From an uncultured bacterium (lineage in GTDB: Bacteria > Chloroflexota > UBA5177 > JANWHV01), in contig CAWHAE010000016.1 of assembly GCA_963827235.1 (NCBI GenBank), forward strand, positions 1,056,001 to 1,120,000: a DNA stretch of 64,000 nt. The letters run 5' to 3'. Below, piece after piece: positions 30,180 to 40,267 of the stretch (position 1 is its first letter; every line of letters starts with the position of its first letter). The translations under genes and the position numbers were made by a program. The notes beneath the pieces are model-generated. The model made no database searches, was not told the DNA's origin, and saw only the letters and a program-made list of their open reading frames with translations.

Positions 30180-30435
30180 CTAGGCGCTGCTTCCCCCGGC
30201 GTTCAGCGCCAGGTTGCGCCCGTCCAGGAACAACACGTGGCCGTTGACGAAGGCGGCATGGGAAGCAACGAAGAAGGCGGGAGGAAGGTCAGCACCGGAT
30301 GCGTCGGTATTGCCGACCATCAGATCTTGTCCTGTCTTGCCGAGCCCAACCGCCGTAGCATGCCCCAGCCCGCAGAGCGCCGGGCGCCCGTCACCAGCCC
30401 CACTTTACGGTGAGGCCGCAGTTCCCAATTCTCAT
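30180..30435 (-). pseudogene. SDR oxidoreductase relic
   Basis: GGAGG RBS and ATG 30435; a 1-nt shift leads to 'KVGLVTGARRSAG'; then C-terminal 'FFVASHAAFVNGHVLFLDG'. The middle is deleted. Confidence 0.65.
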
Positions 30436-30455
30436 CGCTACACCCCTCCAAGAGA

Positions 30456-33400
30456 TCACGCCCCGGGCGATGGCGTCCCGGACCCACGCGTACCAAAGCC
30501 AACGGACTGGAGGAGCGCGTCGAAGTGATCCGGCAGCGGCGCGGCGGGTCCTTGCGCCAGCGTTGCGGCATTGGCAATCATGTTCAGCAGGAGCCGGTCC
30601 GCGGCCGGATGTCGATCGACGTTTTCCAGGACACGCAGGCTGCTCAGGAAAAAGCGGCCGGCCCCGAACGGATACGAAGCGCTGATCAGCCCCGCCGCGT
30701 ATCCCGTCTTGTCCTCTGTGGGCGCGTGACCCGTCGCGAAGAACACCACCGCGATATCGTCGGGCGTTTCTTGACCTTCAAAGACATAGTGTGGAATCAC
30801 CGGACCGTAGTAGGTCCAGTCCATGATGCCCGGGCCGCGGAGACCGCTGAAGATCGGGTGGGGTTTGGCCACGTCCTCGCGATGGTAGAGCCAGTTGTTG
30901 AACCGCCGGCAGCAGCCCTTCGTGGCAAGTGGTAGCCAGCCTACGGGATCCTCTCCGCGGCGCAAGGCGCCGGGCGAGAGGATGAGTGCCACGCTTCCCC
31001 GCGCCATCTGCGCCGCCAGCGCGAGCCAACCCGCCTCGACATCTGCCGGGGCGAGCGAGGAGAGGTCGCCTACCACCACCACCTCGCGCTCGTCCGGCAC
31101 CTGCGCGCCAAAGCGCCGGCACTGCACACCGTGGTGCGTGAGCCACGCAGCGGTACGCTCATCCACGCCCCAGAGAGTCGCCTTTGTTCGCACGTCGGGC
31201 AGAGCAGCAGGATCCGAGACATAGAACTCGATCCGGTCTCCCGCTGGGCTGCCCCCTTCGAGCAGGTGGGCAGCCAGCACATAGACGCCCGCCGGGCCCG
31301 CGATCGTGACCTCTTGCTTGAACACGGGGACCGCAAGCGGGTTACCTGCCGACGTGGGCGTCGTGACGAGGTGCACACTCATCTCATGCTGCCACGCGCG
31401 CCCTGCCGGCCCGAAGACGCGCAAACGCGCGGCGTAGTCACCGGGAGGCAGGACATCTTCGTTGGCGAGCACGGCTTCGACCAATACCGTCCGGCCTGCA
31501 TACACGTGTTCCGGCTGAGCGAACAGGCACCAGCGCAGTGGCGCAAAGCCGTCCTCGAGCGCCTCCACGATACCGGGCTTCCACTCGCGCCAGAAGGTCC
31601 ACATGCCCTCACCTGTGTACCCGTGGTCAAGCATCCCCGTCAGGTTATAGCCGGCGACCTTCGGATTGGACCGGAGCAGATTGAGTCCTAGCAGCCGCAG
31701 GCGAGAGTGCAGCCGCTGGCTCTCTCGAAGCAGATCCCGTGGAAATGCGTAGACCGCGTCCATGCCGAAACGAGCCCAGTCCTCCTCGAGCCTCGTGCGC
31801 ATGGTCTCGAACACGATCAGGTCGTCGGCTGCAGGTGTGTCCTTGACCTGCCGATAGCGCTCCACTATGTGCACGACATCCAGGAGACTGCCGATACCGT
31901 ACTCCGAGACAAAGACCGGCTTGGAGTCGTGCCCCAGCGAGCGCAGAAAGGCGTTAGTCTCATCCGATTGCGGCACCTGCGGATATATGTGCACATCGCC
32001 GGCGCCCGGCACGTAAGCCGGCTCCTTATGCTCTTCGGAAGACTCCCAACCCTCGCCCGTCGCCTCGCCTTCCCGGCCCCATTCCGGCTCCCATCCCATG
32101 CCACCGGGATTGCAAACCGAGCCGATGGCCAGATCGCCGTCCCACCGCCCACTGCTCAACAGGACAAGGCGGTCGGGATCAAGCTCCCGGAGCAATGGCA
32201 GCGACTGCACGGCGTGGCGAAACACCGGCCCGTCATGGGTTTCGTTGAGAAGACCCCAAATCACAACGCTGGGATGATTGCGATCACGCAGGACCATCTC
32301 GCGTAGCGACCGATCGAATCGCTCTGCCATTTGCGGCGAGTCGCCAAGGAGCCAAGCGGCCAGGTTCTCCTCGTAGACGAGCAGACCAATCTCGTCGCAG
32401 ACATCAAGCTGCTCTGTCAGGGCCATACCTGCTATGAAGCGCACGGTGTTCAACCCTACGGCCTTAGCGTACAGGAGATCGCGCCGTATAAGGTCGGGAT
32501 CTGCCGGAGCATAGTAGCCCACAGGAAAGTGGTCGCCTGTGTGCGTCGAGCGCAGCCACAGGCGCTTGCCGTTGAGCTGGAAGTAGCCGTCGACCACACG
32601 GAAGTCCCGGAATCCGCAACGCCGCGATACCTCGTCTCGGCTCGCGGCCTCTGTCGCATCAGAGACCTGGGCCACCACAGTGAGCCGGTAAAGAAAGGGA
32701 TCGTCAAGGCTCCAGAGGTGGGGTCGCGGCACACTCAACGCCGCCTCATGGGAGCTCACGCCGGCAGGCACCTCTACTTCGTGCGTGGTGCAGGCCAGGA
32801 CAGTCCCCTCGCGTGCCGGGCCTACTGCGATGCTCAGCGTCACGCGCGTGGGAACTGGACGCGCGCTTTGCAGTGCAACTCTGACATCGACCTCCCCGCT
32901 TTGCACATGAGGACGGACCAGGATATCGCTTATGTACAGTGGCGGCACCACGAGCAACTCGACAGTCTGCACGATGCCGCCGTAGTTCTTGCCGCTGCCA
33001 GGCTGGAAGTCACCCTCTAGGCGCTTGTTCCGGTGCGGCGTCTGGTCGAGCACGATACTGTCAACAGGCGTATCGGTCGGGTTCAGCACGCGCACCGCGA
33101 GAAGATTGTCGCCGGACTGCAAGGCGCTCGTCGCGTCCAAAGTAAATGGCGTTTCACCGCCCTCGTGACCTCCCAGGTAGGCGCCGTTCAGCCAGACGTC
33201 ACTCAGGTAGTCGGCAGCGCTGAAGCGAAGCAAGGCACGCGCCCCGTTCGGAGCCACGCCTTCCTGGTGAATGGTGCGCCAATACCAGGCGACACCGTGG
33301 CTGGCCGGAAAGACCTGCTGTATCGTTCCGGGCACCGGCGCCTGGCGGGTCTCTACGGCAGGAATGCCGCTGAACCACTCCTCTGTACGCCCCCTGTTCT

Positions 33401-33470
33401 CCGGGTCAAGGGCTATTGTCCATCGACCGTCGAGGGACTGGCTTGAACGACTGTCTATACCAGTGGTCAT
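30456..33470 (-). CDS. Glycoside hydrolase family 2
   Basis: 'SLDGRW', 'HEGGETPF', 'GFRDF', 'RDRNHPSVVIWGLLNE', 'FVSEYG'; AAGGAG RBS. Confidence 0.9.
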   Translation of the reverse strand: MTTGIDSRSSQSLDGRWTIALDPENRGRTEEWFSGIPAVETRQAPVPGTIQQVFPASHGVAWYWRTIHQEGVAPNGARALLRFSAADYLSDVWLNGAYLGGHEGGETPFTLDATSALQSGDNLLAVRVLNPTDTPVDSIVLDQTPHRNKRLEGDFQPGSGKNYGGIVQTVELLVVPPLYISDILVRPHVQSGEVDVRVALQSARPVPTRVTLSIAVGPAREGTVLACTTHEVEVPAGVSSHEAALSVPRPHLWSLDDPFLYRLTVVAQVSDATEAASRDEVSRRCGFRDFRVVDGYFQLNGKRLWLRSTHTGDHFPVGYYAPADPDLIRRDLLYAKAVGLNTVRFIAGMALTEQLDVCDEIGLLVYEENLAAWLLGDSPQMAERFDRSLREMVLRDRNHPSVVIWGLLNETHDGPVFRHAVQSLPLLRELDPDRLVLLSSGRWDGDLAIGSVCNPGGMGWEPEWGREGEATGEGWESSEEHKEPAYVPGAGDVHIYPQVPQSDETNAFLRSLGHDSKPVFVSEYGIGSLLDVVHIVERYRQVKDTPAADDLIVFETMRTRLEEDWARFGMDAVYAFPRDLLRESQRLHSRLRLLGLNLLRSNPKVAGYNLTGMLDHGYTGEGMWTFWREWKPGIVEALEDGFAPLRWCLFAQPEHVYAGRTVLVEAVLANEDVLPPGDYAARLRVFGPAGRAWQHEMSVHLVTTPTSAGNPLAVPVFKQEVTIAGPAGVYVLAAHLLEGGSPAGDRIEFYVSDPAALPDVRTKATLWGVDERTAAWLTHHGVQCRRFGAQVPDEREVVVVGDLSSLAPADVEAGWLALAAQMARGSVALILSPGALRRGEDPVGWLPLATKGCCRRFNNWLYHREDVAKPHPIFSGLRGPGIMDWTYYGPVIPHYVFEGQETPDDIAVVFFATGHAPTEDKTGYAAGLISASYPFGAGRFFLSSLRVLENVDRHPAADRLLLNMIANAATLAQGPAAPLPDHFDALLQSVGFGTRGSGTPSPGA

Positions 33471-33558
33471 CGTGGTGCAGCCACTCCTTTGTAACTAGCT
33501 CCGGACACAGGTCAACAACTGAGCACCGACTCGATTGCTCGCCACTGGTGCCCTTCCT

Positions 33559-35733
33559 TCAGGTCGAGACTCGCTGGAACACGATCGTCGCGGCGGCAGG
33601 GGGGTTGGCCAAATGCACGTGCAAGCCTGTCTGCACGAGGTCACGGCCCGCGACATGCAGCACGGTAGGCGTATCGAAGTCTCTCACGCGGTACGTGGCA
33701 CTCTCCTGCAGGCCGCGCAGCTTGAAGCGCATGTCGGAAGCGGCGTTGTCGGCACGCCGGAAGGCGAGCACGACCCCCTCACCCGCCTCGGGCCGGTAGA
33801 ACTGGAAAGCTATCCACGTACTGGTGTCCTCACTGTATGGCGTGAGCGGGTAGTAGTCGCCCAACAGGTTGGCGGCGATCTGTCGCCATTCGCTCGTTAT
33901 CCGCCGCATCACCATCCAGGCGTCTGCCGGAGCGGTGCGCACATCAAGACTGGACGCAAAGCACGGAGCGAGGGAGCTCCGCATGACGTAGACGGCAGGG
34001 CCGTAGATGCCGTTATTGTTGGATTGCGGACCCACCCCGGTGCCGTAATACGGCATCCAGAACGACAGGCCGTAGGTGTGACCCTGCTGGCCGGTAGGCT
34101 CGAATTGATAATCGCTGCGCAGCAGCGGCACGGCGCGACGCAGCGTCTCCAGGTCGTTGCGCCTGCCACCCGACGCGCAGCTGTCGATCAGCATGGAAGG
34201 GTGCCGGCGTCGGAGCTCGTCCCAAAAAGCCAGGTAGCCCGTGACATGCCGAATCTGCGTGATGCCGCGCCGGCCGGGCGAATCAGCTGCGTTCCAGTAG
34301 GGGAGCGGATCAATATTGAAGTCCTGCCGATAGACGTCCACGCCCTGATCCCGGATCAGCTGGTCGAAATGCCCGACTACCCAGCTCCATACTTGTGCGT
34401 TCCCCAGGTTGAGCAGCCATGTCTGGCCATCGGGACCTGGACCGAGCAGCCATTCACGGTGATTGTTGTAGAGCGAGGTACCCTGTACGACGCGCTCCGG
34501 CTCATGCCAGACGATGCTCTTCATCCCATAGTGTCGAGCGCGGTCCGTCACCGGCCGCAGTCCCTGCGGATAGCGCACAGGGTCGGGCTGCCACGTGCCG
34601 ACACCCGTCCAGTCCGACGACGTCGAGGGAATCGTGTACCAGCCGGCATCCATCCACCAGTGATCGAACATGCCACCGGCCTTCATGGTGGTATGCTCAA
34701 CGACGTACCGATTCATGAACAGAGACTCATCGGCAGCGGAATCCAGCAGCCCGGGATAGTACCCGCACACAGCACCGGTGGGACAGATCGGCGCCGGCGG
34801 ATGATCCGGCAGCCGGGGCATGTTGTGTGCGATCATCCACCGCCGCCAGGCATTCTGCGCCACAATCCAGTCGGTGGCCTGCCAGAACTGCAGGACGATA
34901 AGGGGAGTCCGGATCTCTTCGTTGGGATGGAGCAACGTCTCGACTAGCTGTGTATCGCTGATCGTGCCGTTGAGCCGCATCTGTGAGGGGTCCAGGCAAG
35001 CCATGCCGCCCTGCACATGGAGCGCCGACCCAGCATCGCGTGTCATCTGTACTGCCCACTGGCCCGGCCAAGCCAGTGCAAGCATGACACCTTCTTCACC
35101 CCAGTCGACGTTGTAGTACGGAAACGCGCCATTGGTCGGCCGCCCTCCGACGCAGGCGAAGAGCCGCCGATCTCCGGCCGGCAATGTCAGAGCGAACGGC
35201 TGGTAATCTGCGGCCGACGCACTGCTACCGCTGAATAAATGGAGTACAAACTCCTTCGACCGCGTGCGCGAGAATGACGTATCGAGTGCCAGAACGTCGC
35301 TGAGGAGCGCCGACACACGGCTGCCACGGTTCCTGAAGTAGAGCGTCCACTCCACTGCCGGGAAATCGTGATACTCCACGAGCACACAACGCACTTCCAT
35401 GTTCGTCGTGGAATCGGTCCAGATCAGTGTGTGCTCCGTGCGGTCGGGGTCGAGCTCTCGCCGTGCGTGGCTGTGGCGCCATTTCGCCAAGAGCGTCGTC
35501 GACGGTAAACCACCGTAGCGGAAGGAAAACCGGGGCGTGCGATCGAACTGACTGACGAACTGACCTGTCCCTAAAACGGGAGGCGTGCCAGCATCATCCG
35601 GCGGCCGCCGGACCGCAAACCGGTCTACTGCTGCAGCGCCCGTCCACGCGCCGGCGAGGCCGAGGAATCTGTGGCGACTCATGCCGCCTCGGCCGGTTTG
35701 GCCCGCCTGCCATGGCGATTGATCTTTTGTCAT
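33559..35733 (-). CDS. GH36 alpha-galactosidase-like protein with Tat-like signal
   Basis: GGAGG RBS; 'SRHRFLG'; 'WMDAGWY', 'WHEPERV', 'YRQDFN', 'CASGGRRND', 'RSD'. Confidence 0.9.
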   Translation of the reverse strand: MTKDQSPWQAGQTGRGGMSRHRFLGLAGAWTGAAAVDRFAVRRPPDDAGTPPVLGTGQFVSQFDRTPRFSFRYGGLPSTTLLAKWRHSHARRELDPDRTEHTLIWTDSTTNMEVRCVLVEYHDFPAVEWTLYFRNRGSRVSALLSDVLALDTSFSRTRSKEFVLHLFSGSSASAADYQPFALTLPAGDRRLFACVGGRPTNGAFPYYNVDWGEEGVMLALAWPGQWAVQMTRDAGSALHVQGGMACLDPSQMRLNGTISDTQLVETLLHPNEEIRTPLIVLQFWQATDWIVAQNAWRRWMIAHNMPRLPDHPPAPICPTGAVCGYYPGLLDSAADESLFMNRYVVEHTTMKAGGMFDHWWMDAGWYTIPSTSSDWTGVGTWQPDPVRYPQGLRPVTDRARHYGMKSIVWHEPERVVQGTSLYNNHREWLLGPGPDGQTWLLNLGNAQVWSWVVGHFDQLIRDQGVDVYRQDFNIDPLPYWNAADSPGRRGITQIRHVTGYLAFWDELRRRHPSMLIDSCASGGRRNDLETLRRAVPLLRSDYQFEPTGQQGHTYGLSFWMPYYGTGVGPQSNNNGIYGPAVYVMRSSLAPCFASSLDVRTAPADAWMVMRRITSEWRQIAANLLGDYYPLTPYSEDTSTWIAFQFYRPEAGEGVVLAFRRADNAASDMRFKLRGLQESATYRVRDFDTPTVLHVAGRDLVQTGLHVHLANPPAAATIVFQRVST

Positions 35734-35882
35734 CAGCGAGCCTCCAGTCTGTGCTCGCCGCCGCACCGAAATCCCGGCTCAGTGGCGCCTCACCGTGCGT
35801 GGCGATCCCGGTCGAGAGGGGAGAGTGCCTGACCACACTCATAAATGGTACCGGCGCATATCCGGTAACGTGTACGCTGAGA

Positions 35883-35930
35883 TCATGTAGACAATAGACA
35901 GTTTACACGCAAGCCACCGGGCGGTCTACA
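35883..35930. promoter_or_regulatory. Tandem heptamer operator GTAGACA-ATAGACA-GTTTACA plus GTCTACA
   Basis: 35883-35902 matches the reverse complement of 43067-43086 at 19/20 nt; lies between divergent GH36 genes. Confidence 0.7.
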
Positions 35931-36097
35931 ATGGATCAAGCAAGACAGCACCGTCGATTACAGGCCTGACCGGGGTCATTGACACGTCATCGGACTGGCC
36001 AGGCGGCCTCAGCGTACATGGCACCGCCCAGGGTGCTGACCAACCCCTGGCCGACGCCGGTGGATACGGGATAGAGATCAGACAATTCAGGAGGAGC

Positions 36098-38122
36098 GTG
36101 GTTATGCATCCGGACTATAGGTCACCCCGAACCATGCCTGAAGACATGATGCTGAGCCGCGCCTGGAGCGCCCAGGTGTTCTCATCGCCTGGGAGCCTGC
36201 CTATCTCCTTCCGCTATGGCGAGACGGAGATCCGGGGCATCCCCACGGCATGGTCTCCTGCCATCGTGAAGCGTCGTATTGATGCGAACATCATTGAAAC
36301 GACCTTTGACGGAACGGACCCTGCTACCGGCTTGAACCTGCGCCTTGAATACCTGGCGTATCTAGACTATCCAGTCGTGGAGTGGACGGCGTGGCTCGGC
36401 AATACGGGGAACAAGCCAACGCCCATCATCGCCGATCTGCTCGCCCTTGACTCGACATTCGAGGGTGCGTCGCCGGTCCTGCAGTCCTGCAACGGTGATT
36501 TCTACAGTGAAGATGGCTATAGGCCGGAGGAAAGCCCGGTTCACTCGGGAGAGAGGCTCACCTTTGCGCCGAGTGGTGGCCGTCCTTGTGACGGCGCGTT
36601 TCCGTACTTTCGCATGCAGTTCGAAGGCTGTGGCCTGACCCTGGCCTTGGGCTGGCCAGGACAATGGATGGCCACCTTTGAAGGCACTGCGGATGGCGTG
36701 CATGTCAGGGCCGGCCAGGAACACACCCATCTGCACCTTGTGCCGGGTGAGAGAATCCGCACGCCGCGCATGACTATTGTGGCCTGGTCAGGCGACGCCA
36801 CGAGAGCATTCAATCTGTGGCGGCGATGGTACCTGGACCATGTGCTCCCTAGGCCCGATGGAAACGCTCTGCAGCCCCTACTTGTGGCGGCCGGCACGGA
36901 CGACGGCGAAGAGTTCACCGCGGCCACCGAAGATAATCAGATCCGGTATATGGATGCCTTCAAGCGGGCAGGGTTTGATCTCGACGCGTGGTGGATCGAC
37001 GCGGGCTGGTACCCTTGCCTTAATGAGCAGCGCGAAAGAAGATGGGTGCTTACGGGCACATGGGAGCCGGATTCGGCACGGTTCCCCAGGGGCCTCCGGC
37101 CGATCTCCGACCACGCGGGCGAGCGCGGCATCGACCTGTTGGTCTGGTTCGAGCCGGAGCGGGTAAGACCCGATACGTGGCTGTTCAATAATCACCCAGA
37201 GTGGCTGTTGCGGATCGGCGGCCCAGATGACCAAGCTGCCCAGAACGCCTTGCTGAACCTGGGCAACCCGGAATGCCGATCCTGGCTGACCGATCACTTC
37301 TGCAAACTGATCCAGGAGAATGGGATCAAGATCTACCGCCAGGACTTCAACTTCCCTCCTCTCCGCTATTGGCGCGAGAATGAGCCCATGGACCGCCAGG
37401 GCGTGAACGAAAACCTGCATGTCCAGGGCTACCTGCAGTTCTGGGATGACCTGCTGGCGCGAAACCCGGGCCTGTGGATTGATTCTTGCTCATCCGGGGG
37501 CCGGCGCAACGACCTGGAGACCATGCGCCGTTCGGTGCCGCTGCACTATACAGACTACGGCTACGGGGATCATCCCGTGAAAATGGCATTTCACCACACC
37601 CTCTATGAGTGGATTCCCTATTTCAAGGAGTTCACTATCTCGTGGGACCTCAACGAGCCTGGCGATGATAAGCGCTTTGACAAGCAAGTCGACAGCTTCT
37701 CGTTTCACTGCGGCCTGGCGCCAATGCTCTTCCTTACCATGGATATCCGCAAAGGCGGGTATGACTTTGCCACCGCCATCAAGATGGTGGGGATTTGGCG
37801 GCGTGCTGCCGACCTTCTGTTGAACGGAGACTACTATCCGCTCACGCCCTTCAGCCGGAGCGGCGAGTCGTGGGTTGCATGGCAGTTTGACCGGCCCGAG
37901 ATCGGCGAGGGACTCCTGCAGGGCATCCGCCATGCTGAAAGCGCAGACGAAAGCCTCACGGTCTATCCTCGTGTACCCCGACCAGATGCAGACTTTATCC
38001 TGAATAACCCGGAGACTGGCGAGACAAGGGAATTGTCCGGGGCCGCGATTCAACGGGATGGCTTTACATTTGCCCTTGCACGCCGGAGCGGAGCGATCTG
38101 GTTCTACCACGTCAAGTCCTAG
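36098..38122 (+). CDS. GH36 alpha-galactosidase-like protein (cytoplasmic)
   Basis: AGGAGG RBS; 'WIDAGWY', 'WFEPERV', 'YRQDFN', 'CSSGGRRND'. Confidence 0.9.
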   Translation: MVMHPDYRSPRTMPEDMMLSRAWSAQVFSSPGSLPISFRYGETEIRGIPTAWSPAIVKRRIDANIIETTFDGTDPATGLNLRLEYLAYLDYPVVEWTAWLGNTGNKPTPIIADLLALDSTFEGASPVLQSCNGDFYSEDGYRPEESPVHSGERLTFAPSGGRPCDGAFPYFRMQFEGCGLTLALGWPGQWMATFEGTADGVHVRAGQEHTHLHLVPGERIRTPRMTIVAWSGDATRAFNLWRRWYLDHVLPRPDGNALQPLLVAAGTDDGEEFTAATEDNQIRYMDAFKRAGFDLDAWWIDAGWYPCLNEQRERRWVLTGTWEPDSARFPRGLRPISDHAGERGIDLLVWFEPERVRPDTWLFNNHPEWLLRIGGPDDQAAQNALLNLGNPECRSWLTDHFCKLIQENGIKIYRQDFNFPPLRYWRENEPMDRQGVNENLHVQGYLQFWDDLLARNPGLWIDSCSSGGRRNDLETMRRSVPLHYTDYGYGDHPVKMAFHHTLYEWIPYFKEFTISWDLNEPGDDKRFDKQVDSFSFHCGLAPMLFLTMDIRKGGYDFATAIKMVGIWRRAADLLLNGDYYPLTPFSRSGESWVAWQFDRPEIGEGLLQGIRHAESADESLTVYPRVPRPDADFILNNPETGETRELSGAAIQRDGFTFALARRSGAIWFYHVKS

Positions 38123-38196
38123 AGCGTGTTATGCACCTCGCAGTATAAACGGCAGAACACAGGGTAGGGATGACGGTCGTGTCACGGCACCACACG

Positions 38197-38232
38197 AAAG
38201 GGCGGCTATCCGTGATCGGATAGCCGCCCTTT
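38197..38232. terminator. Bidirectional intrinsic terminator
   Basis: Perfect 16-bp stem AAAGGGCGGCTATCCG-tgat-CGGATAGCCGCCCTTT between convergent genes. Confidence 0.85.
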
Positions 38233-38262
38233 GCCAGCTCGATCGGCGCTAAAGCCTCGACT

Positions 38263-39084
38263 CTACCCCTGTCCGGCGAAGGTGCCAAAGTCCCCCATCG
38301 CCGGCCCCACAAACGTGCCTATCCAGTGCAGGTTGCCAAAGCCCGGCTTGGTATAGGCGGTCACCAGAATCGTCCCCTTGCTGCCCATCGGTATGCTTAC
38401 CTCACCGGACCCCTTGTTGCTGTTAATGTAGCCTTGCACCAGGGTCGGCAGGCTGCCGTTGACCGGAGCATATGTCCCCACGGCCCACCCACTCGCCGTG
38501 ACCTGCAGGTCGATGGCGCCGACCAGCACGATCTTGTCGGTGCTCTTGGCGTCGGACTTGATGGCTGCATCGATGTGCACGGTGTTGGGCTGAGCCGTCA
38601 ATGTGAACGACCCTACCGAGACACCGGCCTGGATGATGCTGCCGGTCCACCCGGGCAAGCCTATGCCGGAGCCGACCAGCGTCCAGGTCCAGCCTTTGCC
38701 CTTTGCCGTCAAGTTCGCTCCACTGCTCTTCAACATGCCGCCCACATTCGCCGTGGGAGCCAAACCGCACGCGGGACCGAAGTCGACGTAGGGCGCACAG
38801 CCCGCCTTCAGCGGGGCCAGCGCGTTCACCGTGAGGGTCGCCGTGAGCACGCCGGTGCTATCCAGCGAGCCCCCCACCCAGCCGTACAAGGAGGTGCCGG
38901 CATGGCTGCCGGACACCAACTGACCATCAAAGCGGTAGGACACGGTCGTCGTCGTCACTGCAGCGGCGACCTCTCGGCTCGAGCTTGCGGATGAGACCGC
39001 AGCGAACGGAGGCATCAGCGCCAGAGCCAGGAGAATGCCAGGGACAATCATCAGGACGCGACGACGACTGAAGGCGCGTGCCAT
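38263..39084 (-). CDS. Secreted Gly/Thr-rich hypothetical protein
   Basis: AAGGAGG RBS; 'MARAFSRRRVL' plus hydrophobic signal; beta-strand-like composition. Confidence 0.75.
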   Translation of the reverse strand: MARAFSRRRVLMIVPGILLALALMPPFAAVSSASSSREVAAAVTTTTVSYRFDGQLVSGSHAGTSLYGWVGGSLDSTGVLTATLTVNALAPLKAGCAPYVDFGPACGLAPTANVGGMLKSSGANLTAKGKGWTWTLVGSGIGLPGWTGSIIQAGVSVGSFTLTAQPNTVHIDAAIKSDAKSTDKIVLVGAIDLQVTASGWAVGTYAPVNGSLPTLVQGYINSNKGSGEVSIPMGSKGTILVTAYTKPGFGNLHWIGTFVGPAMGDFGTFAGQG

Positions 39085-39348
39085 TGACCTTCCTCCTTAT
39101 CGAACCCAACTCGGAGAACTACCGAAATCTCGGTTTCCATACCTGGACACCCTACACGGGACCGCCTAGCCAGAAGCAAGCACCGGATGAGCAACCTCCT
39201 CCAAGCCCATGGCTCCCACAGTAGGTCTGCTGCCCCAAGACGGTACCTGGCGGCTCAGCCGTCCGGTGCCTCCCACGATTCGCCAGAGTGATGACCCGGA
39301 ATGAGCGCTGCGTTTCTTGCTCCCTTCCCTTCTCCTGCAACACCGCAC

Positions 39349-40245
39349 CTACAGCTTGATCCCTGTCATCGCGATGCCTTCAATCATGTACCGCGAGGCG
39401 AAGATGTAGCAGATCATCAGCGGTACCAGCGTCACCACTGCCGCCGTGATCAGGTAGTCGTACTGCGTCCAGAACAAGCCTTGCAAACCGGCGATCACCA
39501 CGGGAAGCGTCTGCCGGTCCGAGCTGGTCAACACCACCGACGGCCACAGGAAATCGTTCCAGGTCCCCAGAAAGATGAACACGCCCAGCGCGGCCATGGG
39601 CGACTTGGACAGCGGGATGATCAACTGAAAGAAGATGCGCCATTCCGAAGCGCCATCGATCCGGCCGCTGTCGAGAAGCTCCGACGGGATGTTGAACATG
39701 AACTGACGCAGCATGAAGATGCCGAAGGTGGTAAACAGGCCGGTCACGATGACACCGGCCAGTTGGTTGACCAGACCAAAGTCCTTCAGTATGAGGAACA
39801 GCGGGATCAAGATCACGATGAACGGGATCATCATGGTCGACAGCAGCGCGATGAACAGCACGTTCTTGAACGGGAAATTGAACTTGGCGAAGACGTAGCC
39901 CTCCAGCACCGAGGTGAACACAGCGCTTATGGTCACGGCGCAGGTCACGATAATGCTGTTGCGAAAGCCTGTCCACAAGTTCGTCAAGCCGAAAACTGTC
40001 TGGTACGAATGCAGGGTCCACGTATGTGGGAGCAGGTCGCTGGACGATACTAACTCGGTGAAATGCTTGAACGAGGCAAACACGCACCACACCATCGGCA
40101 TCACCGCGACCAGAGCGACGAAGATGAGGATGAGGTGGAGCAGGAGCTGGCTCGAAGACACGTGCGGCCGGTGGGCCCGGGTCGCCAGAGTGGACACGCT
40201 AGTCGCCGCCACGGGCGTCTGATCGCGAACGGTGGTCATGCTCAT
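39349..40245 (-). CDS. Carbohydrate ABC transporter permease (MalG-type)
   Basis: EAA loop 'IPSELLDSGRIDGASEW'; 'WNDFLWP'. Confidence 0.93.
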   Translation of the reverse strand: MSMTTVRDQTPVAATSVSTLATRAHRPHVSSSQLLLHLILIFVALVAVMPMVWCVFASFKHFTELVSSSDLLPHTWTLHSYQTVFGLTNLWTGFRNSIIVTCAVTISAVFTSVLEGYVFAKFNFPFKNVLFIALLSTMMIPFIVILIPLFLILKDFGLVNQLAGVIVTGLFTTFGIFMLRQFMFNIPSELLDSGRIDGASEWRIFFQLIIPLSKSPMAALGVFIFLGTWNDFLWPSVVLTSSDRQTLPVVIAGLQGLFWTQYDYLITAAVVTLVPLMICYIFASRYMIEGIAMTGIKL

Positions 40246-40267
40246 CGGGTGTAACCTTCCTCCGTCC

